NCBI GenBank assembly: GCA_043228905.1
Contig: JBHGNT010000017.1
Coordinates: 13,950,001-14,014,000, forward strand
Length of the DNA: 64,000 bases
Direction: 5' to 3'
From: Azolla caroliniana
Taxonomy: Eukaryota; Plantae; Polypodiophyta
In this document: positions 1-12,033 of the stretch, piece after piece
Numbering within the stretch: the stretch's first letter is position 1
How the letters are laid out: each line of letters starts with the position of its first letter
The notes under the pieces: generated by a model
What the model saw: only the letters and a program-made list of their open reading frames with translations
The model's database searches: none
What the model was told of the DNA's origin: nothing
Translations under genes and position numbers: made by a program

Positions 1-177
1 CCACATCAAACAATTGTAGAACCTACATTATGCGAGCAATCATGTGCTTGCATCCATGCTAAATGATAGTTCAAATGTTTCCCAATCCATTTAGAAGATG
101 AACAAATTCACCAAGGTTTAAAAAAATCCACATAGGAGATGAACAAACTCATGGAAGTTACAAAAGAGACACCGTAC

Positions 178-405
178 CCCAAATACAGTAAAGGTAGATG
201 AACCATCTCCAGGAACTCGTTGGCAATCTGTCTTAACTATGGTGAAATCTTCTCCTTTCTTGGATTGGCATGCTTGACCATAAGAGATAATGGGTGCATC
301 AATTTTGTCACTATTGAACTCCCTCTTCAGAAATGTGGCCAATGGAACCATATTCTGACCAGAACCACTTCTATGCTTCACCTTCTGACCTTCTTGAATA
401 CCCAT
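178..405 (-). CDS. Protein phosphatase 2C family, first coding exon (gene continues off the left edge)
   Basis: VPLATFLKREF..KIDAPIISYGQACQSKKGEDFTIVKTDCQRVPGDGSSTFTVFG matches the N-terminus of a plant PP2C subgroup just before the FDGH motif; GT donor at 177-176. Confidence 0.85.
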
Positions 406-1216
406 TCTTATATAACCTTAGAAGGAGTTTCTTTCACTGATGCAAATGATGGGAAGAAGAAAGGCACATGAAAAAACCAAAAGCACATTGTAGTTGACCT
501 TTATCCTTCATAAGAAACACCTATTCTATTCAATTAGAGGAAGAAGACGAAGCTGTATGGAAGGGTTTTTCATTTATTGGAAGAAAATTTCTTGCTGAGA
601 ACAAACAAAACCAAGGCCGAGGTTTGGAGACGGAAGAGCTTTTCAGCTTCAAGGAAAAGAGGTTAACAACTTTGGAACAGACAGGGGAGGTCTACTCAGA
701 CAATATTCTCCTGCAAGTCAATTTGAATCAACCCTAAAGTTTGAACCCCAAAACATTCTGACAAAATGTATGTATGTCTGTCTGTCTGGCTGACTAATCA
801 GATATAATTCTCTTTGGTAGTGTTGACTATCTCTCTCTCTCTCTGTATGTATATCCTCGGATGAAGTGTTATTTCAAAAGCTTGAAATTGATACAAGCAC
901 AGTAGAGAGAGAGAGAGATTGGGGGGGAGGCATGTTCTGGATATTCACCCTGCATTTGCAGAAACCCTAAACCTGAGAGGGAGAGAAAGAAAGAGAGGAG
1001 TACTTTTGGAGCAGAGTATGTACATACATATGTACATACTTAAAAGGAAAAAGAAAGAAGCTTTTTCAGCAGAAGAACAGAGGACCACAAAAACCCAAAA
1101 ATTTAGTCTCTCTCTCTCTCTCCATTTAGTTAGAGTCTCTAACTAAATGGAGAGACTCTTAACTAAATGATGCTTGCTCCAAAATATAGATAGATAGAGA
1201 GCTTTGATCTTCACTA

Positions 1217-1267
1217 TGGTGATGCTGATGCTGATGCTGATGATGATGATGATGATGATGATGATGA
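1217..1267. repeat. (TGA/TGC)n microsatellite
   Basis: tgatgctgatgctgatgctgatgatgatgat run; encodes the poly-His/Gln tract of minus ORF 1159..1512. Confidence 0.9.
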
Positions 1268-2806
1268 CTCATGAGCATGTTTTGCTTACTCTCTCTCTCC
1301 ATGACCCCATGCCAGCTCCTTACCCCCTGCATGGCCATCCCCATCCCTGCCAGTAGTTCGATCCTTCTCTCCACAAATCTCTCATCTGGGCAGGGATGCA
1401 TGGCAATGCAGCCTACAGGGGAGAGAAGGATCCTTTTGGACACCCACCCACAAAGAGTCAGGCGTGGGATGCAATGTTGAGGCTTTGTTTCCATATCGAG
1501 GTAGCTTCTCATTCGTCAAAACAATCGTAAAATGACCGTGAAAGGGTATGTGAGAGACTACTGTAAACACATCGCCTGGCTCTCGAAAGATCTCTTCTCA
1601 TTTGTCTAGACTCTAAACAACCATAAACGCATTGCTTCCTACATGATTGTCCAAAAAAATGCCTTGATTCATGTGAGAAGGATCAATTGTGGGCATGTCG
1701 CCTGGGGTCTCGAAGGATCTGGTATGCATATTCCATTCCTTACCATCTTGAGTCTCCACACAACAATCACTGCATTTCTAGAGAGTTGTTACACCTTGGT
1801 GACTAGGGACTAGTACAAACTGGATTGTCGTTACAACTTGGTTAACAAGGTGTCTTTCTTGGATGAAAAGATATTGCATTTTGTGTGCACACATGGACTA
1901 ATATAAGCGATCAACCTCAAGGCCAACAATGACCATGATCAAATGGATACTCATACTAGTATATTAAGATGATCTAAAAGAGACGATTTCATTTTTTTCT
2001 TGAACATCCATAAATAGATGGCCCATGGCAATCATTAGGGGCTATTCAAATGTAAGACCTTTGGATCCATAGTCCAATGCACTAATCCATTGCACTACAG
2101 AGTCTTTCTGATTATAACTACTTGTGAGACAACAAGCTTCTCAATGAGCAAGAGGATAAACCACAATGTCTCTCTCTTTGTAGGACATGCATGGTTTTTT
2201 ATTTCTTTAAGACAGACCATATGCTCCCTTGAGTATGATAGCCACTTACCAAATAAGCTACCAAAGCAATAACAATGTTGTTGAGAAGTCGTGAAACAAA
2301 AAGAACACGCGTGAGAGGGACAACAAGATAAAACAATGACTTTAAGGGTGGGGGAGAGAGCTTTGAATAGAGAGATTTAAACTTTCCAAGTTTTTAACAA
2401 GGGTAAATCTCATAGATTATGTATTGCTAATAAACACCGGTTTTTATGGTTTTTTGAATTGGTTGAAAAAGGGAGAGAAAACCTAGAAAAGGCAAGAAAT
2501 GGAGAGGATATTTGCTTTCCTTGCATCATTCTTCAAAACAAAATGTAGCTCTCATAACGAGATATATCGAAAACTTCAATGCTGCAGTAAGAAGTAGCAA
2601 CATACCATGATTGCCATATCTCAGACAATAATCGTTAACACCATTATTGTGCAATGTACGATATTGGAGACATCGCGTAAAGTTGTGCATTCCTATGTCT
2701 TGAAGTTGAAGACAACCTAGTGATCTGGACATGTCCCATCACAAAGCTTAATGGTAGTCTTCATTGTAAAAAAACTTCATTGCCATTTGACAATCCAAAG
2801 TGGAAC

Positions 2807-2954
2807 ACTTTGTGTGATTGTTGGACGGTTTTATATTAAGCTTATTCTACCACTTACGTCAACACTATCTTTAACTCTGTACTTTGTGTGATTGTTGGAT
2901 GGTTTTATAGTAAGCTTATTCTATCATTTACGTGAGCACTATCTTCAACTCTGT
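2807..2954. repeat. ~74-bp tandem duplication
   Basis: actttgtgtgattgttgga...ctatctt(t/c)aactctgt occurs twice in tandem. Confidence 0.85.
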
Positions 2955-5274
2955 GCTAGATACAGACATTGACAATAGCTTGGAGGGATCTAATACTCAC
3001 CACTGAAAGAATTAAAAATTAAGACCCTAAATTTTAAAATTGTCTTGACAAGTTGATCAGATGATTAACAATCAATATATTAGGAATGAACATCACGACA
3101 CTTACATCTTCAACATATTCTAAACATGGGAATATAGATAGATATCTTTTCATAATTTATCTTTCAAAACAAGAGGGAAGGGAGGAGTAACATGTAAGTT
3201 AATGTAAGTACAACTATTTAAACATTGTATAATTAACTCTAGTGAGGGGTAAAGATGGTTGATTTTGATCAAGAAAGAAAGTGTGTACAACAAAGTTTAA
3301 CAATTGATGACTTTCTCATTGTGCAATATGAATCACCTTCAAGCTAAAAGAAACATACATTTGGCTTCGCCTTGTATAAGACGGTAAAAGGAGAGTTATT
3401 TCCACAAGATGATTAGGGCATCTTAAATAGACATGTATGTTTTATTACCGAAGTATCTTATCATTAAAAAGGCCAAGGACAAACATGGTCAAGCTATTCA
3501 ATGTTGATGAAAGTGACTATTTCTTTAATCATTTGAAATATTTAATGTTAGGGTCAGGAAGCCAATTGAGCATGTTGGAATTTGAAGGTAGGGATTTGTT
3601 CTCGTCCTCATATATTTAATTTAACAAGGAAATGCAAGCTTGCAATTTTGGCTATAATCCAAAGGGTATAGAACATGTGTTTCATTACATATCTACATCA
3701 CTTGTACCTTCTTCAAATATGATTTTGATTTTAAGGAGAAAATATGTCATTAATAGATTTTGCATTTATTCAAAGGTTTAGAGCACATGATTGTTGACAA
3801 GCATTCTGATGCTACATGATGTAATCAATAACAAACATCAAGGGTTTGTTCATCTACTCACTTGAAGAAAAGGAATTATTCTAGTCCCCTATATTATAGG
3901 GTGTACGAGGATTATATGGAGCATGGAATGGATGACTTGTGAGTGAAGCGTCATTAAGGCGTAGCCTCTAGCATATTAAGCCTCTTCAATTGAAACATAC
4001 TTTAAAGTTTAGATCATTCATTGGACCTACCGTGATCCTTCCCATCGCATGGAGTTGGCACACTTCCCTAATAACTAGTAACACAAAGGTGCCTTTGAAT
4101 GAATTAAGGTGTTGCAAATGACATAGAACACTCAACAAGGTAGCTTGAAAAGTAAGGCAGAAGAGTGGTCAACTTAATTTAATTGTAGCATGTCCTTACT
4201 GTCAACTTGAATTTGTTTGCCCATTCTTTATTAGCCCAAATAGAAAGTTGTTCACTTCATAAATTCGTCCTCCTCATGCCACATCAACTCTTGTTTTCAT
4301 GTGGACGATAGGATGGAGCAATGGTTCAAAGCCATATTCACTTTTTTATTAAAGGAGTGGAACATTGCGTTGCTTTTAGCGCAAAACATTAACATGACAT
4401 GCTAGCTTTTGTATAAAGCAATACTAGGTGTTAACTTTTGTCGAAAATGATATAAACGAGGCTCATCGTATTTTCATCTACCTCATAATATAGACATTAA
4501 ATGTTGGAATGCATAATTTCCACAAAAAAATCTTCTTTGAGACATGTTTCTTTCTACATATTAGTATGGACATTGCAACTTTAGCATTGAACATCATGTG
4601 ACAAGTGAAGATAGTTTGTTAAAAGTTAACCATATTTCAAACATTGTAAATATTATACGAGGTTGCAAAACATGCGACACATCACTTTATTGTTGGGAAC
4701 TATTTGACATATGATGGTCATTACGCAATGATATTGGTTATACATAGGGCATTGGAGAAATTTGAATATGATTGAAAGCATGTAAGCAACACTCAAAAAT
4801 ATTGTAAAACCTTCAACACACCTAATGAGAGAAATCAATGGGTTCCTTGGTTGCGTTATATTAGCCTACACAGGTAAAAGTACCACGTCATAGGCTCAAA
4901 TATAAATACACGAAGGATAACTTACCTGAAGTGTATTGCAATAGTTGACACGTAGGATATTGATATATGAATATCCGTGTACATTTTCCTTGGTTTGAGC
5001 AACATTCATCAAAAGTCTAAACACAACCTTCATAGATGAAATGTCTAACTTGAGTGAACCTGAATCATCTCCAAAGGAAATATCATTTGGTTACATTATT
5101 CATGAAAATTGCATATGCAATACAGAATTGATAAAAAATATTCAATATAGAGAATGCATAGAGTTGAATGACATGGTTCAATTTATTTTAAATCCACACA
5201 CATAAGTTGTGTACTTCCTTCTTTAGTGTTTTAGATAGTGCACTCTCACATTAGTTTTCAAAAAAGATCCTTCT

Positions 5275-6069
5275 CAGGGCCTGAATTTGACAAGTTAGTA
5301 TAAAAGTTTTTTGACGGGCATTTTTTAAAGATGTATGTCATATGACACAAGAGTGCAAAAACTAACATGTCATTTGACATACAAATTTTAATAATGAATG
5401 TTCTATATGATGCTTCATTGTTATACATTTCATTACTATAGAAAGTGCACAAATAAACATAACTACCTAACAAAGATAATGAAATATATAAAATTAATAT
5501 CATGTTAATGTTTTTACTAATAAGTAGGAAAAAAAAGTTAGTAAAAATTTAGTTTTAACTTAAAATTTTATGTAAGTAAATTTTTTTTGTTTTAACTTAA
5601 AACTTAAAATATTAAAATCAAACCTAGAGTTATACACTCTTAAAGTATGTATTTAATAAAGGTTATTGTTTAAAATTTCAATCAAATTTCAACTAATATT
5701 ATTAGTAAAGAAATTAAGAATAAATATTTGAGAATATATACCATTATTACATGATAATGATATTATTTTAAGCGTGTTATAAAAAACATATAATTTTTTA
5801 GATTTTTTATTATGTAGTATTAATATATTATAATACACACTTCATATATATATATATATAATTGACGTATGTATATGTATATAATATATATGACATGGAA
5901 AATAGAATTTTAACATGTCATTTGACATGCATAATTTGTAGGGGCCTTTCGCATGAAAAATGGATATTTAAACTTTATATGTCACTTGACGGGCATTTTT
6001 ATTATGTGTATGTTTTTGACGGGCAAAATGGCCTTCGATGGGCATGACACCCGTCAAATTCCAGCCCTG
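5275..6069. mobile_element. Non-autonomous hAT element (MITE)
   Basis: Imperfect TIRs CAGGGCCTGAATTTGAC / GTCAAATTCCAGCCCTG; perfect 8-bp TSD ATCCTTCT (5267-5274, 6070-6077); subterminal TTGACGGG motifs; AT-rich core. Confidence 0.9.
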
Positions 6070-6279
6070 ATCCTTCTCTTGTGCTTGAAGGAATACAAGG
6101 CTCAACAAAATGAACCCTACCTTCACAAGATCAAATTCCACAACATCTCAAACAATTTTGGAAATGGCTATGGGGTATAAAGATGAGTTGGAAAATTGTT
6201 TGTTTTCGATGGTTGTTGGTTCATAAAGCCATACCAGTTCATGGGTGGCGAAAAGGAAATGTAGACAAGATTTGCCCTT

Positions 6280-6396
6280 TGTCACAGACACACTAACCAT
6301 GGATTACGAAGGAGCATGGATGAAGAGGCTACAATTGATAAGTGGAACCGGAAGTGATGAGGTTAGGAACTCTAGAAGCTGTGAGCGACAAAACTA
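6280..6396. mobile_element. LTR fragment, same family as solo LTR 50327-50767
   Basis: tgtcacagacacactaaccatggattacga...ggaactctagaag aligns with the start of 50327. Confidence 0.75.
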
Positions 6397-6419
6397 ACTC
6401 TCTCGCTCTCTCTCTCTCT

Positions 6420-7560
6420 CTCCACACACACACACACACACACACACAGAGTTCTTTCGCTGCACATAATCCATCCAATTCTTTACATGGTATCAGAGCG
6501 TGTGGTTGCTTGATCGAAGCTCATCGCCCCTGGGTGTGCTATGCCCGATTTTGTGTTCGTCAAGAACTGACTGATTGCTGTAACAACCATCTGCACAATT
6601 TGCATCAAGAAGAAAAAGAAGAAGCTCAACATGAACACACAGATGGGAAGCGCTCTTCCTACCGAAAAGCTCGATAGAAACAACTTTGCATCTTGGGAGT
6701 ACAATATGCACCAATACCTTGTCAGCCAAGGCTACTGGAGTTATGTCGAAGGGCAAACGAGAATCAACCCAACCCAACACATGATGACTACCCAGCTTGG
6801 GAGCAAGCGTCGAGTCATGTGTTGTACCGCCTTGCATCATGCGTCCATGATGGCATGCTCGGCTACATTCAAGAGGCCAAAACGCCAAAGGAGGCGTGGG
6901 GGAACCTCAAGAAGATTTTCACGGCCAACACGACCGCAAGAAAGCTTCAACTCCGTCAAGAGTTGAACGGTATAAAACAGAGGGACATGTTAATTGACAG
7001 CTACACCTTGAAGATCAAGGAGCTGTGCGATGCCCTCGGGTCCATCAATGTTAGCATTGACGACGATGAAATGATGCAGATTTGAATCAGAGGCCTAGCA
7101 CCTCGGTTCGGGGCCATTCGGTCGGCAGTCCTCGCGAGGGAGAATCCTCCCTCCTTCGATCTCTAGTCGATGTTGCTGGTCGAGGAGAATCATGTTTGAA
7201 CAAGAAGCAATGCGCAAGAAGGACAAATGCTCTATTCGAACTTCGATGGAGGAAGAGGACAAGGTCGGGGAAGAAGAGGCCGACTCGACCAAGGTCAACA
7301 CAACCAAGAACATAACTTCTATTACCGACAAGACATTTCAAACGCACAATGTAGAGCGTCTGGAAGAAGGGGGAGCAATCAGGCCGGACCCAACAGACAA
7401 AACAATCTCGCTCAGTGCGGATACTGTGGTAAATTTGACCACTATGAGGCAGAGTGTCGGAAAAAGAAGAGTGAGTCGGCTTGCACAAGTAGACAACTCA
7501 CAAACTACGCCTCCAACTTCGACTACGACAATCGTGGCGGAATGTTTTACATGGGTTCAG
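6420..7560 (+). mobile_element. Ty1/Copia fragment: LTR 3' end, tRNA-Met(i) PBS and degenerate gag
   Basis: ...ctttaca then TGGTATCAGAGC (6488-6499); gag EKLDRNNFASWEYNMHQYL, ARKLQLRQEL; zinc knuckle CGYCGKFDHYEAEC; frameshifts and stops. Confidence 0.9.
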
Positions 7561-9670
7561 AGCGCGAGGGTTGAGATCCTCTACTGCCGACAAACAGACA
7601 AACCCTAATCACGGTGAAAGAACAAAAGAAGAAAATAATGGACAGAGGAATGGCTAGCTTGCTTCTGATGGAGAAGCTCGACAGAAGCAACTACGCATCT
7701 TGGTCGTACAAGATGCACCAATACTTGCTTGGGCATGGCTACTGGAGTTATGTCGATGGAGCTAATGACACAGCACCCCAATCGACACATAGAGGTTTCC
7801 CAGCTTGGGAACAGGCGGCAAGTAGAGTTCTCTAATGTTTCGCATCTTGTGTGAGCAATCAACTTCTGAGCTACATTCGGGATGCAAGGACGCCAAAGGA
7901 TGCTTGGGGAAATCTGAAGAAGATTTTCATCGTGAGCACCACAACCAGAAAGCTCTAACTCAGGCAAGAGTTGAGCAATGTTCGACAACGAGATATGTCG
8001 GTGGCTGATTACACCTCTAAGATCAAGGACATATGCGATTCTCTTGCCTCCATCAATGTAAACGTCGAGGAGGAAGAAACGGTGCAGAAATGCCTCGGAG
8101 GGTTAGCGTCGAAGTTCGGAGCATTCCAAACTGCTATCTGTACGAGGGAGAATGCGCCGTCGTTTTTCAACTTACAGTCGATGCTCCTAGTAGAGGAGAA
8201 TCACGCGGGTGCGTCAACGAGTACGCACGACGACAACAAGATGTTGTACATGGTGGAAGATAGGCCCCGTGGTCGTGGCGAATGAGGCGAGTCGGCGTGT
8301 AATGGAGGCGGCTGATAGGAGCAAGATGGAAGGCATGGTCGTAATGCCAACAATAGTTCCGAACCCTTCGCAAGCAGGGGGAGTCGAGGCGGTGCGAAAG
8401 GACAGAAGGTTGAGTCGGACATCGACCTATGGCACAAGTGGTTCGGCCATGTTCACTTCCCACGGCTTCGTGAAATGCAGACGAAGAACATTGTTTTCTG
8501 TTGAGAGATCAAGCTAATTAGTTTAGTTAGTTGGTCAACCATGTAACTTCCTAGTTACCTAGATAGAATCTAGTTAGAAGTATTGACTATAACGCCTTAA
8601 CTAGGACCTTGTACTTAAGTGGGATATTCTAGATCCTCCACTCCCAAGTACATTTAATATAGGACTTACACCCTTGTACCTATATTCTCCTCACACATGT
8701 GCACCCTTGCACATGAGACCTATATATACCTCATTGTGGGTATTTTTGTATTTTTTGATGATGTTGCTAATTTAATATAGTGTTTATCATCCCCCATCTT
8801 GTGTTGTTCATAAGTGTATCTTCCTCTCTCTCTTCCTCTCACACACATACACACACATATCACATAATCTTTCGCTTAGCTTAATCACATAATTAGGTAC
8901 TAATTAACCCATAGTTAATCACCTAATTCTTAATATTTTCGGATTGTTGAAATTTAGTGGCCGGAATGGTCAAGTCTGCGAAGCCTACCAGCTCGGGAAG
9001 CAGCACCGACCTCCATTTCCCAACGAGCGTAATCGGTGTCGAAATCCGCTCGATGTGATCCATTCGGATGTAAGGGGACCGACATAGAAGGTTAGCATCG
9101 GAGGAAGCCGTTAATTCATAACCTTCATCGATGACTTCACTCGACACACTTGGGCGTACTTGATCGCAAAAAAGAGCGAAGTCTTCGCATGTTTCCTGAA
9201 GGTGAAGAGCCTTGTGGAAAGGGAAACTGGGCTAGAGATCAAGTGCTAAAGGTCCAATGGCGGGAAGGAGTACTTCTGCGACCAGTTCTCGAGTTATCTA
9301 CAGGAGGGAATTCAACGCGAATTCTCGTGTAGATACACGCCGCAGCAGAACGGTGTGGCCGAGAGGAAGAATCAGATGATAGAGGAGGTGGCAAGGGCAA
9401 TGCTTGAAGAGAAGCGATGAGAACAACTTTCTACCTCCAGAATAGGGCATTTGCCAATGGAGGAGTGTCGCCACATGAGTTGTACTTCAAGAAGAAGCCA
9501 AACTTGGCACACTTGAGGGTTTTCAGTAGCATTGCGTATGTGCATGTGCTGAAGGAGAAGCGGAGGAAGTTGGACGCCAAAGCCGAGAAGTGTATCTTGG
9601 TTGGTTACTCGGACGAACAAAAGGGTTATAGGTGTTATAACCCCCGAACCAAACAAGCTCGCGTTGTCGT
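7561..9670 (+). mobile_element. Second Ty1/Copia fragment (gag, pre-integrase, integrase), degenerate
   Basis: EKLDRSNYASWSYKMHQYL gag; LWHKWFGH pre-integrase; TPQQNGVAERKN; KLDAKAEKCILVGYS; interrupted by a solo LTR. Confidence 0.9.
8499..8935 (+). mobile_element. Copia solo LTR
   Basis: TGTTGAGAGATC...TTAATA (terminal CA mutated to TA); 5-bp TSD TTTTC on both sides; homologous to LTR 26588-27022. Confidence 0.9.
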
Positions 9671-9711
9671 GATGTTTCTAACACATAGTGTGAAACCATC
9701 CTCGACATAGA

Positions 9712-10359
9712 GCTTATTTGTTTGTGTGTCTTGTGACATGGGAGCGTTTCGGACTTGCCCATGCATCTCTCCTTTCACAAAGGCATTCAAACTTACGTGT
9801 CTTATATGTTATTGTCAAATTTCGTGCTTATCTGTTTGTGTGTCTTGTGAGAAGGGAGAGTTTCGGGCTTGCCCATGCACCTCTCCTTTCACAAAGGCAT
9901 TCAAACTTACGTGTCTTATATGTTATTGTCAAATTTCGTGCTTATCTGTTTGTGTGTCTTGTGAGAAGGGAGAGTTTTGGGCTTGCCCATGCACCTCTCC
10001 TTTCACAAAGGCATTCAAACTTACGTGTCTTATATGTTATTGTCAAATTTCGTGCTTATCTGTTTGTGTGTCTTGTGAGAAGGGAGAGTTTTGGGCTTGC
10101 CCATGCACCTCTCCTTTCACAAAGGCATTCAAACTTACGTGTCTTATATATTATTTTCATTTGTGCTTATCTGTTTGTGTGTCTTGTGACAAGGGAGCGT
10201 TCGGGATTGCCCATGCACCTTTCTTTTCACAAAGGCATTCGAAACTTTGTCTCTCGTATGTGTAAGTAAGCCGTTTCCTTGTGTGTCCGTGTGTAAGTCT
10301 TACTCACGTGCATTCATTCGCCTTGTGACTAGGGGTTGATTCGGGCTTGCCCATGCACC
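9712..10359. repeat. 114-bp tandem repeat, ~5 copies plus a degenerate tail
   Basis: Unit gcttatctgtttgtgtgtcttgtgagaagggagag...gcccatgcacctctcctttcacaaaggcattcaaacttacgtg; 38-aa periodicity in ORFs 9718/9726. Confidence 0.95.
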
Positions 10360-10875
10360 TGTCATGATATGACAAGACTCGAACCCATGACCTTATGGTA
10401 TATGAGTCGAGCTCTTCACCATCACACCATCTATTGTAATTCATAAGATATTATTTTCATTTATGCTTTATTATAAGAAAGTAATGTATATTCCAGATTT
10501 CTCTGGAACATTCTAGAAATTTCAGGATTACTCCTGAGAACACTATAAAAGAAGGCACTAGGCATTATGTTGAACCAAATTGGTTCAACGCTAGTCTTAA
10601 GCCTCTTAGCCATTTTGTACTTATCCTTCACATAATATATTGGCTGTTATCATCATCTCTCTCTCTCTCTCATCCTCGCTATCTCTCTTTTCTCTTCTCT
10701 CTTTCTCTCTCTCTTGGGAGTCTTACGCAGTCCCGTCCTCTTAGTACTAATAGTACTACTCCTCTTTAGTACTAATTCCTTCTCTGGTTTAGTACTATTC
10801 CTGACAGTTTGCACCAATTTTGTCCTCCAGCCTACTTGTCGTTCTCCCTCATCCTCCTACCCTTTTCCCTATACT

Positions 10876-12033
10876 ATGGCTACTGTTAGCACCCAAGAAT
10901 ATCAATCCGTTTTCTCAGAGCTACAGTGCCTAAAAGAAAAATTTGTTGCCTTGGAACAAGAAAACCAACGGTTGATAGGGGATCTGCTTCAAATTGCTCT
11001 AGAAAAGCAACAAACGCAGCAACAACATGGGGAGTTAGCGTTACGAGTGCAACAACTCGAAGCGGCATTGCAACAACAAGGATCAAGTCCCCAAGGATTT
11101 CATAAAGAGCCGAAGATTGAACTTCCTGTGAAATTTGATGGAACGTGATCGCAATTCAAGGGATTCCTTAATCAGGTACGATTAGTCCTCCAAATGCATC
11201 CTTCCCGATACCCCACTGATGCATCCCGAGTCAGCTTAATAGGCACGTTTCTTAGCGGCTCAGCCTTCGCATGGTTCGCTCTGCTTCTAGAAAAACAATC
11301 TCCCTTGCTTAATAACTTTGAAGATTTTATTAGTGAGTTTAAAGCCTACTTTGGAGACACCGACATCATCATGACGATGATCAACAAGATTCGGTGATTG
11401 CGTCAAGGCGATCGTCCAGCCTCTGCCTACGCGGCGGATTTTCGCCTACTCGCTTCAGATATCCCCTGGGATGATCAAACACTAATGGAGCAGTGTCGCT
11501 ATGGCCTGCGAAACGATGTCAAAGATCTACTTCTAACTTTCCCCGAAGAACCAAAGTCTCTTGCGGAGGCAATCAGTCGAGCGGTCCGATGTGACAACCG
11601 CCTTTTCGAACGGCATTCGGAATGTCAATTACAGATACCACGCTCTAGGCCGGAGCCCACTTACGCCTCAGTCGCGGCTAAACCGTTTGCACGAGACATA
11701 CCTCAAGCAAATACTTTGACACTGATGGAGATCGATACCATGCGTCGACGCGGCCCGTTATCGGAAGAAGAAACGCATCGACGACGTGCAAATCGATTAT
11801 GTCTTAATTGCGGTGGACTAGGGCATATCGCAATCAATTGTCCCCATAGGCCAAGAAGACAGGTAAATCAAATTGTAGCCTGTACTAAACCCGAGTCAAT
11901 TCTTCCCTTAGGAGTGTCTGATAGTATTAATAGTACTAATAGAGTGTTTGATAGTATTAATAGTAATAATAGCCCAAGTATCTCAAACAAATTTGAAATC
12001 CTTAGTCAATTAGATGAAGAGTTAAACGATTGA
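10876..12033 (+). pseudogene. Gypsy gag (PEG10/Tf-like) with in-frame stops
   Basis: EPKIELPVKFDGT, LSGSAFAWF, RQGDRPASAYAADF, knuckle CLNCGGLGHIAINC; TGA at 11146 and 11395. Confidence 0.9.

Noticed and set aside
1159-1512. His-rich protein-coding gene
   Set aside because: Poly-His comes from a trinucleotide microsatellite and no homology is recognised; kept only as a possible uORF.
3000-5200. Possible ancient transposase relic
   Set aside because: Only scattered protein-like fragments; no motif or terminus could be assigned.
9718-10269. Cys-rich or repetitive 180-aa proteins
   Set aside because: Translations of the 114-bp tandem repeat with no domain signature.
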